Shown here in pieces: positions 10,147 through 20,474 of a stretch of DNA of 44,375 nucleotides (position 1 is its first letter; each line of letters starts with the position of its first letter). The stretch lies in the NCBI GenBank assembly GCA_046538485.1, contig JBKHIT010000040.1:1-44375 (forward strand), in the 5' to 3' direction. The notes beneath the pieces were generated by a model. It did no database searches. It was not told the origin of the DNA and was given only the letters and a program-made list of their open reading frames with translations. Position numbers and translations under genes: made by a program. The DNA is from Candidatus Brocadiia bacterium. Its GTDB lineage: Bacteria; Planctomycetota; Brocadiia; SM23-32.

Positions 10147-10373
10147 CGCTCTTGCGACTCCGATTCCACCATTTCGTCCCAGAGCCGCAGGGTTTCCCGA
10201 GCTTCCTCTTCGTCCAGCTTTTGAATTGCAAACCCCGCATGAACCAGCACGTAATCTCCCGGTTGCGGATCGTCGAGCAGCTGAAGCCCCACCTCGCGGG
10301 TGGTTCCGTCGAGATCGACCGTTCCCATTTCCCCGTCGACATCTTTGATTTTCAGGGGGACAGCCCAGCACAT
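10143..10373 (-). CDS. hypC: Hydrogenase assembly chaperone HypC
   Basis: MCWAVP N-terminus and GDYVLVHAGFAI. Confidence 0.95.
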   Translation of the reverse strand: MCWAVPLKIKDVDGEMGTVDLDGTTREVGLQLLDDPQPGDYVLVHAGFAIQKLDEEEARETLRLWDEMVESESQER

Positions 10374-10567
10374 GTTGAATCTATCCATTCTGTTGATTTT
10401 TATTGAAAGCAACAAATAAGATACTTGTATGATACCAGCTGAAGACGTGCGGAGAAAGCGTTGTCGTGGCGAAAAAAACCTAAAGGGACGCAGGGGCGCC
10501 GTATTTTGTCGTAACGGAGAAGGTTGTCGCGGGCTGAGGTTGTTCCGTGTTTGGTCTCTTTGGTCAC

Positions 10568-12901
10568 TTAAGTCGCCTCCGTCCCTCCGGATTGCTGGCC
10601 ATCATCCAGTCGAGCGAGAGCGCAGGCGGCCTGACCGAGGCATATCCCGCCGTCGTTAGGCGGGACGCGGCGGCGGACCAATACATCGAAATCTTCTGCC
10701 TCGAGCGCAGGCACTGTCCTGTTGACAAGCAGGCGGTTCTGCATGACTCCGCCCGAGAGAGCTACATGGTCGAGTCCGGTTCTGGAGCGGATTCGCCGGC
10801 AACCTTCAACGATCATCTTGCTGACGGCATTATGAAACCGTGCAGCGATGATCGCAGGATTCGTCTTTTTGTCAATGTCTTCGCAGATTGCAACCATGAC
10901 CGGCGACGGGCCGATCTGGTCATTTTCCCAGGAGAAATCGTATGAGCTGCATTCTGACTCATCGGCGATAGCCTCCAGTTCGCAGGCGGCCTGGCCTTCG
11001 TAGGTGATAGTGTGTCGGACGTCGAGCAGGGCGGCGACGGCGTCGAAAAGGCGGCCGCAGCTGGACGTCGAGGGGGAGAACTCTGCTTTGTCCAGAAGAT
11101 TGAGGAGCGCATCACATTTTTTGGGCTCAACAAAATCTTTCATTCGGCGAGTGGCTTCCTCGGGACCGATGGCTTTTGTCAGGTGAGAGAGTGCCATTCG
11201 GTCAGGTTCCCAGACCGCTTGTTCCCCGCCGGGCATCGGGACATAGGAAATGTGAAATGCCCGTTCGCACGAAAGAAGGTCGGCGACGAGAAATTCGCCG
11301 CCCCAGATGGCTTCATCGGTACCGTAACCTGCGCCATCCATGCTGACTCCAATGACGCGGTCTGTGATTCGGTGTTCGGCCAGAGTAGCGGCGGTGTGCG
11401 CGTGATGGTGTTGAACCTGGAGGAGAGGCAAATCCCGTTCGTCGGCAATTCTCCGAGCGAATGCTGTCGTTGGGTAGTCGGGGTGCAAATCACAGATAAT
11501 CGCTTCGGGTTCAAGGTTGAGAAGCGAAGAAAATGTCCTGAAAGTTTTTTCAAAATGGCGCGCGTTATCGGCATCCGAGACATCGCCAATGTGCTGGCTG
11601 AGGAAAGACCGGTTGCCGCTGGTCAGCGCGAAAGTATTTTTCAGCATCCCTCCGGTGGCGAAAATTGACGGTCCGCTGAGAGGGAGGAAAATTGGTTCAG
11701 GGACATGGCCGCGAGACCGTCGGACCGGGACAGGCCCACCGGCATGGAAAGTATAGACCGAATCGTCACATCGGTTGAGGATTTGGCGGTTGTTGCCCAA
11801 TGCGCCGTCGACGATATCCGAAAGGTGTTCTTCAATTTCACAAAGACCGATTGCGATGGGCTCATCGGAGCGATTGCAGCTTGTCATAACGAGAGCGGGA
11901 GGCATTTCGGAATGGTTAAAGAACAACCGATGCAGCGGGGTGTAAGGCAGCATCAGGCCCAGGTTCTGAAGATTGGGAGCGACGTTTTCAGCGACCGGAT
12001 TCCCTGGTTTTTGTTTCATGAGCACGATAGGAGACGAGGGGGATGTCAGAAGTGCCTCTTCCCCGGGGCTCACTGTACAAATCCGGCGGCAGGTTTCGAG
12101 GTCTGGAACCATAATGGCGAGCGGTTTATGAGGTCGGCCTTTGCGGTCTCGCAATCGACTGACGATATCCTCTCTGGTGGCATCACAGGTGATGTGGAAT
12201 CCACCCAGACCTTTAACGGCAAGAATATGCCCCTCAGTGAGTGCTTGACGCGCAATCTCCAGCGGATCGGTGGAATCAAAGCTCAGTTCCTTCGAAAAAG
12301 ATGTCCAGTTCAGCGAGGGCCCGCAGTCGGGACACGACATGGTTTGCGCATGGAACCGGCGATCTTCGGGATTCTCATACTCCGTACGGCACGCATCGCA
12401 GAGCGGAAACTCATCCATGGTGCTGGTAGGACGATCAAACGGTATATCCCTGGCGATAGTGAACCGGGGACCGCAGATGGTGCAGGTGTTGAATGGGTAG
12501 TGGTCGCGGCGGTTGCCTGGAGTTTCCATTTCGTTGATACATTTCTGGCAGATAGTGAGGTCTGGTGGAATTGGGAGCAGGCAGTCGCCGTTGGTTGAAC
12601 TTGTTTCAATAACGAAATCCCCTTCGTCGCGTAACGGGACGGCATCCACAATCAGTTCGTCGACGCGAGCTCTGGAGGGGATTATTCCACGGAAATTGTC
12701 GACAATGTCGTCAACTGTTTTTGTCGGCCCTTCGATTTCGAGAAGCACACCTTCAGGGGTATTCCGAATAAAACCGCCGCAGTGGCGAGAAGTTACCGCA
12801 CGGTAGATGGAAGGCCGAAAACCCACGCCCTGAACGCGTCCTCGTATGCGCAATTGGACGCGTTTTGTTGAGTGGGAAGAGTTTTTTGAGATCGCAGTCA
12901 A
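10568..12901 (-). CDS. hypF: Carbamoyltransferase HypF
   Basis: Acylphosphatase domain GRVQGVGFRP, two CxxC zinc fingers, KGLGGFH, QHHHAH, PPNDGGICLGQ. Confidence 0.96.
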   Translation of the reverse strand: MTAISKNSSHSTKRVQLRIRGRVQGVGFRPSIYRAVTSRHCGGFIRNTPEGVLLEIEGPTKTVDDIVDNFRGIIPSRARVDELIVDAVPLRDEGDFVIETSSTNGDCLLPIPPDLTICQKCINEMETPGNRRDHYPFNTCTICGPRFTIARDIPFDRPTSTMDEFPLCDACRTEYENPEDRRFHAQTMSCPDCGPSLNWTSFSKELSFDSTDPLEIARQALTEGHILAVKGLGGFHITCDATREDIVSRLRDRKGRPHKPLAIMVPDLETCRRICTVSPGEEALLTSPSSPIVLMKQKPGNPVAENVAPNLQNLGLMLPYTPLHRLFFNHSEMPPALVMTSCNRSDEPIAIGLCEIEEHLSDIVDGALGNNRQILNRCDDSVYTFHAGGPVPVRRSRGHVPEPIFLPLSGPSIFATGGMLKNTFALTSGNRSFLSQHIGDVSDADNARHFEKTFRTFSSLLNLEPEAIICDLHPDYPTTAFARRIADERDLPLLQVQHHHAHTAATLAEHRITDRVIGVSMDGAGYGTDEAIWGGEFLVADLLSCERAFHISYVPMPGGEQAVWEPDRMALSHLTKAIGPEEATRRMKDFVEPKKCDALLNLLDKAEFSPSTSSCGRLFDAVAALLDVRHTITYEGQAACELEAIADESECSSYDFSWENDQIGPSPVMVAICEDIDKKTNPAIIAARFHNAVSKMIVEGCRRIRSRTGLDHVALSGGVMQNRLLVNRTVPALEAEDFDVLVRRRVPPNDGGICLGQAACALARLDDGQQSGGTEAT

Positions 12902-12936
12902 GGTAGCGCTTTTATGCTTTCAATAACAGGGGATAT

Positions 12937-13584
12937 TCAGCTTTCGACTTCGTTGTGGAAGTAATCGCAGAGATCGCTGATGGGGCAGTTTTCGCATTCG
13001 GGGTTCTGGCTGGAGCAAATTTGGCGGCCGTGAGTGCTGAACAGAAGTGTGGCTTTTGTCCAGCGTTCCTCCGGGATAATTTCACGGAGTTCACGTTCGA
13101 TTTTATCCGGTTTATCGTTGCGGGCGAGCCCGATTCTTTTTGAAACGCGTTTGACGTGTGTGTCCACCGCGATGGCTTCCTGGTCGAAAGCGTTAGCGAG
13201 CACAACATTTGCGGTCTTGCGTCCCACGCCAGGAAGCTCCGTAAGTTGAGAGAGGTTTTCAGGGACGTCACCATCGTATTTTTTGACGAGTGCCCGGCAG
13301 CAATTTTGGACGCTTTTCGTTTTGCGCCGGTAAAATCCAGTGGGGCGGAGGATTTCATGCAGATTCTCAGGCTCAGCGTCAGCGATGTCCTCGGGAGTCG
13401 GGTATTCTTCCCAGAGCATTGGTGTCACTTCATTGACTTTTGCATCGGTGCACTGGGCGGCGAGGATTGTTGCGATGAGAAGTTCGAGCGGAGAATCGTA
13501 ATCGAGGTAGATGTGGGGATCGGGATATTGGTCTCCGAGCCGGTCGAGCACTTTGCCGGCATTTTCAGAAGTTGCTTCACACAT
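12937..13584 (-). CDS. nth: Endonuclease III
   Basis: LIATILAAQCTD, HhH motif LPGVGRKTANVV, AVDTHV, 4Fe-4S motif C-x6-C-x2-C-x5-C. Confidence 0.95.
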   Translation of the reverse strand: MCEATSENAGKVLDRLGDQYPDPHIYLDYDSPLELLIATILAAQCTDAKVNEVTPMLWEEYPTPEDIADAEPENLHEILRPTGFYRRKTKSVQNCCRALVKKYDGDVPENLSQLTELPGVGRKTANVVLANAFDQEAIAVDTHVKRVSKRIGLARNDKPDKIERELREIIPEERWTKATLLFSTHGRQICSSQNPECENCPISDLCDYFHNEVES

Positions 13585-13709
13585 ATCGACCTCCGAGCTG
13601 TTGAGTAATATTCGTTATGGGAAACACGGGAGGTTTTTTCGAGAGCCCGTCCTCTGTCCATGGTACCGGTGCCTGTGAGCTGGCTCAAGCGGGGGAGCCG
13701 ATAGCGGTA

Positions 13710-14906
13710 TCAGCAGAGTTCGAGCGCCTGTTTTAGATCGTCGATGATATCATCTGGATCTTCTACGCCCACAGCCAGGCGGATCAGGTTGTCTGTGATA
13801 CCGAGTTCATAGCGTTCTTCTCGCGTTCGATTGTAGTAGCTAACCGATGCAGGGTGGGTGAGGATCGTTTCGACTCCACCGAAACTCGGGGCGATATAGC
13901 AGAGCTTCAGTCTGTCAAGGAAACGGTTGGTGATATCGAGGTTACCGTCGATTTTAAATGTGACTACGCCGCCGAATCCTTTCATCTGTTTTTGGGCGAT
14001 TTTGTGGTGCTGATGGCTGGAGAGTCCGGGGTAATAGACCTCGCACACACAGGGGTTTGCCTCAAGGAATTCAGCAACTCGTTGAGCCGTGCGGTTTTGG
14101 GCTTCAATTCTGATTGGGAAGGTTTTGAGACCACGCACCAGTAGGTAACTGCTGTGGGGATCGATAACTCCGCCAAATGCCTGGTGAAGGTCGCGGACCT
14201 GTTCCACGAGTTTATGGGGACCAAGGACGGCTCCGGCGAGTATATCGTTGTGCCCGGCGAGATACTTAGTGCAGCTGTGAATGACCAGATCCACCCCCCA
14301 TTCGAGCGGCTTTTGGTTATATGGTGTTCCGAACGTGCTATCGATGAGTGTCAGAACCTCATGTTTTTTGGCGATATCCTGGAGACGTTCGAGGTCAAAA
14401 ATATTCAGGTAAGGATTGGTGGGAGATTCTGAGAAGATGAACCGAGTTCGGTCACAGACGGCTGCGTCGAGGGCTTCGTAATCTCCGAAGGGCACGATCG
14501 TGCAATCGACGCCAAAACGCTGGAGATATTCGCTGCAGAATTCCAGCGTGCGCTTGTAGGCGTCATCAGTGATGACAATGTGGTCGCGACTGTGCACGAG
14601 GGCGAGGATTGTGGTGGTGATGGCATTCATCCCGGAGGCCGAGAGCAGGCAGTCTTCGGCTCCTTCCAGGGAAGCCAGCCGCTGTTGTGCTACCTTCTCA
14701 GTCGGATTTCCGTAGCGCCCGTACTCGAAACGTTCTTTTTCCCCGCGGCCAAAGGCGGCGATTTCTGCGCTGTTTTTAAATGCGTAAGTTGAAGTTTGCA
14801 CAATCGGTGTGGTGAGGGAGTCGGCGTAATGGGCCCGGTCTTCGCCGGCGTGGACCGCGCGAGTGTCGAAGGCGTATTTTTTTTCGGCATCCTTTTTTTC
14901 ATTCAT
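13710..14906 (-). CDS. Cys/Met metabolism PLP enzyme (cystathionine gamma-synthase-like)
   Basis: YGRYGNPT, SGMNAI, ESPTNP, HSCTKYLAGHND, LIRLAVGVED. Confidence 0.9.
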   Translation of the reverse strand: MNEKKDAEKKYAFDTRAVHAGEDRAHYADSLTTPIVQTSTYAFKNSAEIAAFGRGEKERFEYGRYGNPTEKVAQQRLASLEGAEDCLLSASGMNAITTTILALVHSRDHIVITDDAYKRTLEFCSEYLQRFGVDCTIVPFGDYEALDAAVCDRTRFIFSESPTNPYLNIFDLERLQDIAKKHEVLTLIDSTFGTPYNQKPLEWGVDLVIHSCTKYLAGHNDILAGAVLGPHKLVEQVRDLHQAFGGVIDPHSSYLLVRGLKTFPIRIEAQNRTAQRVAEFLEANPCVCEVYYPGLSSHQHHKIAQKQMKGFGGVVTFKIDGNLDITNRFLDRLKLCYIAPSFGGVETILTHPASVSYYNRTREERYELGITDNLIRLAVGVEDPDDIIDDLKQALELC

Positions 14907-15091
14907 GGGATATGGAGCTCCTTTTTTGGAAAGGCTTTTTGGGGCAGTTTATTTTATACAAAACCGGGGATTCAGCAGGAATGGAAACTGCGTGGCTGAT
15001 ACGACGACGAAACCACAGGTTTGTTCTGAAATTTAACGTTTCTAATTTAATGCCGCCGCAACGCCGCCATTTCTGCACTCTTTCAGCAAAT

Positions 15092-15120
15092 ACCTTACTC
15101 AACTGTTCGGTTCGGGTCAA
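15092..15120 (-). promoter_or_regulatory. Putative sigma70 promoter for the Cys/Met enzyme gene
   Basis: TTGACC-17 nt-TAAGGT on the minus strand. Confidence 0.4.
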
Positions 15121-15355
15121 TCAGCGGAACGAGGAAAGAACGATTCTTTGTTGGATCAAGTCTATGCACCAATGCCTGTTAGAATATTACCGGTGCCCCT
15201 TTTTTGGTCATATTTTTATTTGATGATGTCTGTAAAACAGTGTTTAATACTGGAAATGTTCTTTCTCCTAAGTTAAACTGCACGCACTGAGGGGGATAAG
15301 AGGAAGAAAGTTGTATTAGCTCTTGAACACTCGCGATTCATTGAAGGGCCCTGAT

Positions 15356-15544
15356 ATGCAGCAGTTAATAAAATGGTTTCGTAGCAAAACGGGCCAAACC
15401 TTAGTTGAGTATGCTTTGATACTCGTGCTGGTGGCTGTCGTTTGCGTGGCGGTGGTAAGTCGATTCGGCCAGCAAACCGAAAATATTATGCCGAAGATCG
15501 GAAATGCAATGGACCAGGCGGAAGCCGAAAGGCAAGAAGAGTAA
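15356..15544 (+). CDS. Flp family type IVb pilin
   Basis: MQQLIKWFRSKTG/QTLVEYALILVLVAVVCVAVV: G|xxxxEY motif plus hydrophobic helix, 62 aa. Confidence 0.88.
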   Translation: MQQLIKWFRSKTGQTLVEYALILVLVAVVCVAVVSRFGQQTENIMPKIGNAMDQAEAERQEE

Positions 15545-15617
15545 GGTAAGCGTGAGGGTTTTGGGAGATGTGGAGAGTAATAATGCCACTACGTCGAATT
15601 AATCCGGTAGTTAAAGA

Positions 15618-17171
15618 TTATTCGACTTTGTATTTTTCCCCAGCTATTTCTGTTAGTTGATCACGCTTTTTTTGCATTAATTGCCTGTCTGAGTCGGCCT
15701 CTACGTACAGTCGACAGATCCCGCCGCCGGTCCCTTCCGTCCCGCTTTTGCGCATACAGAACCACCAGTTTCCGGCTTCAACCCGTACATCCTCGACATC
15801 TTGCTCGAATTCGGGAGGGTAGCTTTCAATAAGGCGCACGCTATCTTTTCCCACGACGTAGATTCTTTCCGCTTCGTCTTCGAGTTTCTTAACGGCTTCT
15901 TCAATTACCTGGGAAGCAGGTCTGTCAGCAGGCATCTCGAAGTTAATCTCGCCGGAATTATGATAACGGGACCGCAGATCGCTGAGTGCCGAGGAAATCG
16001 TTTCTCCCCGAGCATGGAGTTCCGCGGCCAGTTCAAGAAAAATCAGACCTGCCAGCATTCCGCTATCGGCCCGGTAGAAATCCCGGAACATATAATGTCC
16101 GCTGTGTTCCGCTCCGAAGGCGATATCTGAGTTGCCGTGCATAATAACTTTTATTTTTCCGTACCCTACGGGTGTGATTACCGTTCCGCTCCCGCCGAGA
16201 ACATCTGTACGATCGCCCAGGGTGTCGGCGATGACCCAGCTGCACGCAAGATTATGGGCAATTTTAGCTCCCGCGCCAAGTTTTTCCCGAAGTCGTTGGC
16301 CAATCAGTGTCGCCAGCAGCGGTGGCGAGATCATGTCGCCTTTCTCGTCGGTCAAAGCCACGCGATCGGCATCACCGTCAAAACATACTCCTACATGGCT
16401 ATTTGTTCGCTGGACCAACTCTGCAACCATCTGCTGATATTCTGCATTGAGAGGGTTGGGCACGATTATCGGGAACCGGCCGTCGGGTTGTTCGTTGGAG
16501 AAGCTCCATTCAAATTCAGGAGATATTTTCGCGAACTCCCCGAGAATACGTCCCCCCATCCCATTTCCCGATTCTACGGCGATGCGTAACGGTTCCTCCG
16601 CGTCTGAAACGGCACTCTCGAAATGCAGCGCCCCTTTCTCAATGGCGGTTTGGATGTAATCGGGAGCAAAATCATCCCAGCTTAGTCGCGTCGGTACCCG
16701 TTTCTTTTTGATACCGAGTGCCATCCTGTCAATAGCATCTTCGGGACGGGGCGCCTTCAGTTGTTCAGCAAGGCCAAGCGGTTGTCCCCCGCGACCAAAA
16801 AATTTGAATCCGTTGTTATCAGATGGATTGTGTGAAGCCGTAATGATAACACCGCCATCTATGACATCGCTGTAGTGGGCGGGGAGGAAACCAGCGAGCT
16901 CTGTTCCGGCCAGGCCCATATCGATAGGGCGGCACCCACCCCGTTTGAGACCTTCACGGAGCGCCTGGGAAAGAGCCGGACCACTTAACCTCATGTCGTG
17001 GCCAACGGCGACATTAACCGGTTCAATTGCCGTTCCCTTCCGGAAAATAGTGGCCAGGTTCTCTCCGAGTGAACGGGCAAAGTTCGTGTCGACATTGACT
17101 TTGTAAACGCCGCGGATGTCGTCTCGTTTGATTGCTTCATCAACGTTGCCATAATATTTTTTGATCGACAT
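15618..17171 (-). CDS. Phosphomannomutase/phosphoglucomutase family protein
   Basis: DIRG, VGHDMRLSG, TASHNP, FDGDADR, GAEHSGH, RKSGTE. Confidence 0.92.
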   Translation of the reverse strand: MSIKKYYGNVDEAIKRDDIRGVYKVNVDTNFARSLGENLATIFRKGTAIEPVNVAVGHDMRLSGPALSQALREGLKRGGCRPIDMGLAGTELAGFLPAHYSDVIDGGVIITASHNPSDNNGFKFFGRGGQPLGLAEQLKAPRPEDAIDRMALGIKKKRVPTRLSWDDFAPDYIQTAIEKGALHFESAVSDAEEPLRIAVESGNGMGGRILGEFAKISPEFEWSFSNEQPDGRFPIIVPNPLNAEYQQMVAELVQRTNSHVGVCFDGDADRVALTDEKGDMISPPLLATLIGQRLREKLGAGAKIAHNLACSWVIADTLGDRTDVLGGSGTVITPVGYGKIKVIMHGNSDIAFGAEHSGHYMFRDFYRADSGMLAGLIFLELAAELHARGETISSALSDLRSRYHNSGEINFEMPADRPASQVIEEAVKKLEDEAERIYVVGKDSVRLIESYPPEFEQDVEDVRVEAGNWWFCMRKSGTEGTGGGICRLYVEADSDRQLMQKKRDQLTEIAGEKYKVE

Positions 17172-17493
17172 GATCGGAGCACCTCTATGCACGCAACAAG
17201 CAGTGGACTGTTGAAGTTGGAAAGCCCGAAGAAAAATCCAGACACGTAGATTAGCCAAATTCCGAACGACTCGCAAGGTGGCATCAGAAAAACAGCCAGA
17301 AAGCCTCTCAGGCGGAGTACTTACGGGTGGCCCGCAGAATTACATGGAGCATTGGATATGTTCTAAGAGAGAAGGGCTTTCTTGACAGAAAGGAGGCATT
17401 TTACCATCATCACCGGGCTAAAGTGTTTGTTTCACAGTTTCGGAACAGGAGTTCAGTCTCCTCACTGGCTATCTCATCCAGACTGATTTTTTT

Positions 17494-18615
17494 ATGAGCT
17501 TTGTCACCGGTCAATGCGGACCGGTCAACACGGGAGAGTTTTGCTTGGAAGATGGGCACGGCGGAAATATCAAGAAACTCGCAGAAACGGCAGGCTGCAG
17601 GCCTTCGGAGATCCACGATTTCAGCGCGAATATTAACCCGCTCGGACCTCCCAAATGTGTCCGAAAGGCCACAAAGAGGGGCCTGCTGCGGATTGAACAC
17701 TATCCCGAGCCGTGGGCCTCGGAGTTTGCCACGGCCGTTGCTGACCATCACGGTATTTCTCCGCAAATGGTCGTTCCCGGAGCTGGTTCTACTCAGCTGA
17801 TATATGCTCTTCCGCAGGTTCTTAATACGAAGCGCATGGTATTGCCTGTGCCCTGTTATATCGACTATGCTCGGGCCGCGTTTCGGGCCGGGTTAAAATT
17901 GCGGAAGGTGCAACTTAACGAAAACGATGGGTTTATTTTTGATCCAGGAAAGCTGGGAAAAGATCTTCGAACTGGTGATCTGGTGGTGTTCGGGCGGCCT
18001 AATAACCCGACCGGGTTAATGGTGGGAGCTTCGGAAATCAAAGCAATGGCCGGGAATCACGGGGATTGTTTTATCGCCGTGGACGAAGCGTTCATAGAAT
18101 TCGTGGGAAAGGCTGCCGATCTCATCGAAAAACTTCCTGAGAATGTCGTGCTTTTACGGTCCTTGACGAAATTTTATGCGGTCCCGGGAATTCGGCTCGG
18201 ATATGCCATCTGTGAAAAAGACCTGGCAGAAAGTCTGAAAAATTATCTGCCGCCGTGGTCACTGGGCATTCTGGCCCAGGAAGTCGGAGAGGCCCTGATG
18301 ACGGACACGGGCCAATACCGGGAAAGGACCAGGCACGTCGTCGACCAGGCCCGCCGCCGTCTTTACGGTGACCTGGCGGAGATCCAGGGCCTGACAGTTT
18401 ATCCGGGCAAAGCGAATTTCCTTCTCGTCCGAATCGACAGAGATGACACCGATGCCGTGGAGTTGTTCGACCAACTTTTGCAGGATCGCATAGCCATTCG
18501 TGTCTGTGATAATTATGACGGACTCGATAGCCGATTTTTTCGTGTGGCCGTGCGTTCGGAGGGAGAGAACGACGTTTTTCTGGGATCGCTCAGTCGTGCA
18601 TTTCAAGAGCTCTGA
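17494..18615 (+). CDS. cobD: Threonine-phosphate decarboxylase
   Basis: HGGN, DFSANINPLG, PNNPTG, VDEAFIEF, LRSLTKFYAVPGIRLGY, IRVCDNYDGL. Confidence 0.88.
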   Translation: MSFVTGQCGPVNTGEFCLEDGHGGNIKKLAETAGCRPSEIHDFSANINPLGPPKCVRKATKRGLLRIEHYPEPWASEFATAVADHHGISPQMVVPGAGSTQLIYALPQVLNTKRMVLPVPCYIDYARAAFRAGLKLRKVQLNENDGFIFDPGKLGKDLRTGDLVVFGRPNNPTGLMVGASEIKAMAGNHGDCFIAVDEAFIEFVGKAADLIEKLPENVVLLRSLTKFYAVPGIRLGYAICEKDLAESLKNYLPPWSLGILAQEVGEALMTDTGQYRERTRHVVDQARRRLYGDLAEIQGLTVYPGKANFLLVRIDRDDTDAVELFDQLLQDRIAIRVCDNYDGLDSRFFRVAVRSEGENDVFLGSLSRAFQEL

Positions 18616-18764
18616 GGGGTCGAGGTGCTACCTGTCAGTTGTCGCCGTTGCGTTTCTTTTATCACCTGTCGCTTTGGGGCAGAGCCAGGGAAGATTTTTC
18701 TGAAGTATGATTGAGGTGTTTAACGGGTGCAAAACAAAAATCTTTAACTTGAGAGGAAAAACCA

Positions 18765-20222
18765 ATGAGTAAACACAATACGGAGACAACATTTTCTCTA
18801 TGGGCCACTTCCGATGCACACGTCGTCCGGGAAGCCAGGGGAGAAAGCGGCAACCCCGATGCAGTCTCCCGTGAATCGATGCGTATAGCTGTAGAACAAG
18901 CAGATAGCAAAAAGGGGTTTAACTTTGATATCGGCCTGCAACTCGGTGATCTACTGGATTATGACTACGAGACGATTGAAGGGTTCAAACAATATTTGGA
19001 ACAGTTAGGGCATAGCTCAAAAGATAGGCACTGCTGGTATCATGTGGGAGGCAATAACGATGAAAATTCTGTATTAAATGATGATGTATCCATTGACAAT
19101 GAATATTACAGGAAATACATTGACCCGGTGGGTGAATTTCCTTCGACCTCGGGTGTTTACAATGACAAAAGGCCTTATCCGGTGGTAGGTACTTACGAAA
19201 GATACTATTTCGACGCAGGGAACATGAGATTTTTGTTTTTAAGTGATAGAAACGACCTTCCTGCGCCTTATGGGCGCGGTGAAGGCGGATTCTATGTAGA
19301 CGGTGCGATAACCCTTAGCACATACAAATGGCTTGTTAACCAGGTTATAACAAATCCCGATAAAATAATCGTTGTATGCTGTCATCACCCATTGAAAGAT
19401 ACAACCATAGGCACAGAAATAGATGCATCCTGGAAAGGGCAATATATGACAAAGTATAACCCCCGTTATAAAGATATGCCCGACAATAGACTTCAACCTG
19501 TCTTGCATCAGATTTATGATGTCGACAAATTTGACAGTCCAAAATTCAGGAATGTCCTCTCACAAAATACCGGTATTATAGATATGTGGATATCCGGTCA
19601 TATTCACCATCTGGCTGAAGAAACGTTTAATGGAAAAGGTAAATATGCCTGTGCTTACGGAGGTCATCATTTCAATGTTGGCACAATCTGCCGGTTCAGA
19701 CATCACGTTAACACAATTTCTGCTCAGAGTACCCTGTTTACTTTTACCGCCGGAAGTGACCAGTTTGATTCTAAGGTTTATATACATGATCATCCCTCGA
19801 TTAAACAGGGGTTCTATGAACCGGAAGACAGGTATTTAAAACTAAAGAAAAGTTTCTCCCGAAAATATTCTCCCCCCCAAATTGGCCATCCATCGAGGAA
19901 TATTGAGGACTTTACAGTTGAAAATTCATCTTCCAAAGGGGAAAAGAGGGCATTCACATTGCATTGGGACAATATCAATACAGGAGTTTTGATTGTAAGG
20001 AAGCCCTCCGAAACTCCCTCATTTTGCCCGAAAGATGATGAAACCTATTATGTCGGACAACAGGTTGAGGATGGCGAAATTGCTTTTATAGGAACGAACG
20101 GAAGATTGAGAGATATGAATTTACCCCCTGTAAAGAATTACGTTTATAAAGCTTTTGCTTACAATGCAGGAAATGACGAGATCAAATATTTCAAGGGCAG
20201 TCCAGCAATACTCAAAGGTTAA
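18765..20222 (+). CDS. Calcineurin-like metallophosphoesterase with C-terminal FN3-like domain (AT-rich)
   Basis: SDAH, GDLLD, GGNND, HHP, SGHIH motifs. Confidence 0.75.
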   Translation: MSKHNTETTFSLWATSDAHVVREARGESGNPDAVSRESMRIAVEQADSKKGFNFDIGLQLGDLLDYDYETIEGFKQYLEQLGHSSKDRHCWYHVGGNNDENSVLNDDVSIDNEYYRKYIDPVGEFPSTSGVYNDKRPYPVVGTYERYYFDAGNMRFLFLSDRNDLPAPYGRGEGGFYVDGAITLSTYKWLVNQVITNPDKIIVVCCHHPLKDTTIGTEIDASWKGQYMTKYNPRYKDMPDNRLQPVLHQIYDVDKFDSPKFRNVLSQNTGIIDMWISGHIHHLAEETFNGKGKYACAYGGHHFNVGTICRFRHHVNTISAQSTLFTFTAGSDQFDSKVYIHDHPSIKQGFYEPEDRYLKLKKSFSRKYSPPQIGHPSRNIEDFTVENSSSKGEKRAFTLHWDNINTGVLIVRKPSETPSFCPKDDETYYVGQQVEDGEIAFIGTNGRLRDMNLPPVKNYVYKAFAYNAGNDEIKYFKGSPAILKG

Positions 20223-20474
20223 ACGACCTGGAACGAAGGAATCAAAGATGAAGACAAAAGTATTATCCAAAGAAGATGTGATGAAGTGTTTGCACGAGAA
20301 AAAATCGGTGAAGCGTGAGCCAGAGGCTATCGGCTTGAAGACGGTGTTTTTGGTACCGATAATCGGATGACAGCCCGCATCTGCTATTACGTTCCAGAAT
20401 GAGCCGGAAAAGATACCGCCGAGCCTGATTTCCCGGTACGCGGTGGTGATGATATAACGATAGAGGGTTTTTAA

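Noticed and set aside
14907..15091. SAM riboswitch or leader peptide upstream of the Cys/Met enzyme
   Set aside because: No SAM-I consensus seen; the only mini-ORF (MAALRRH) has no internal Met or Cys codons.
20223..20402. In-frame TGA readthrough (selenocysteine) downstream of the phosphoesterase
   Set aside because: The frame is preceded by a TAA stop, has no start codon, and shows no selenoprotein context.
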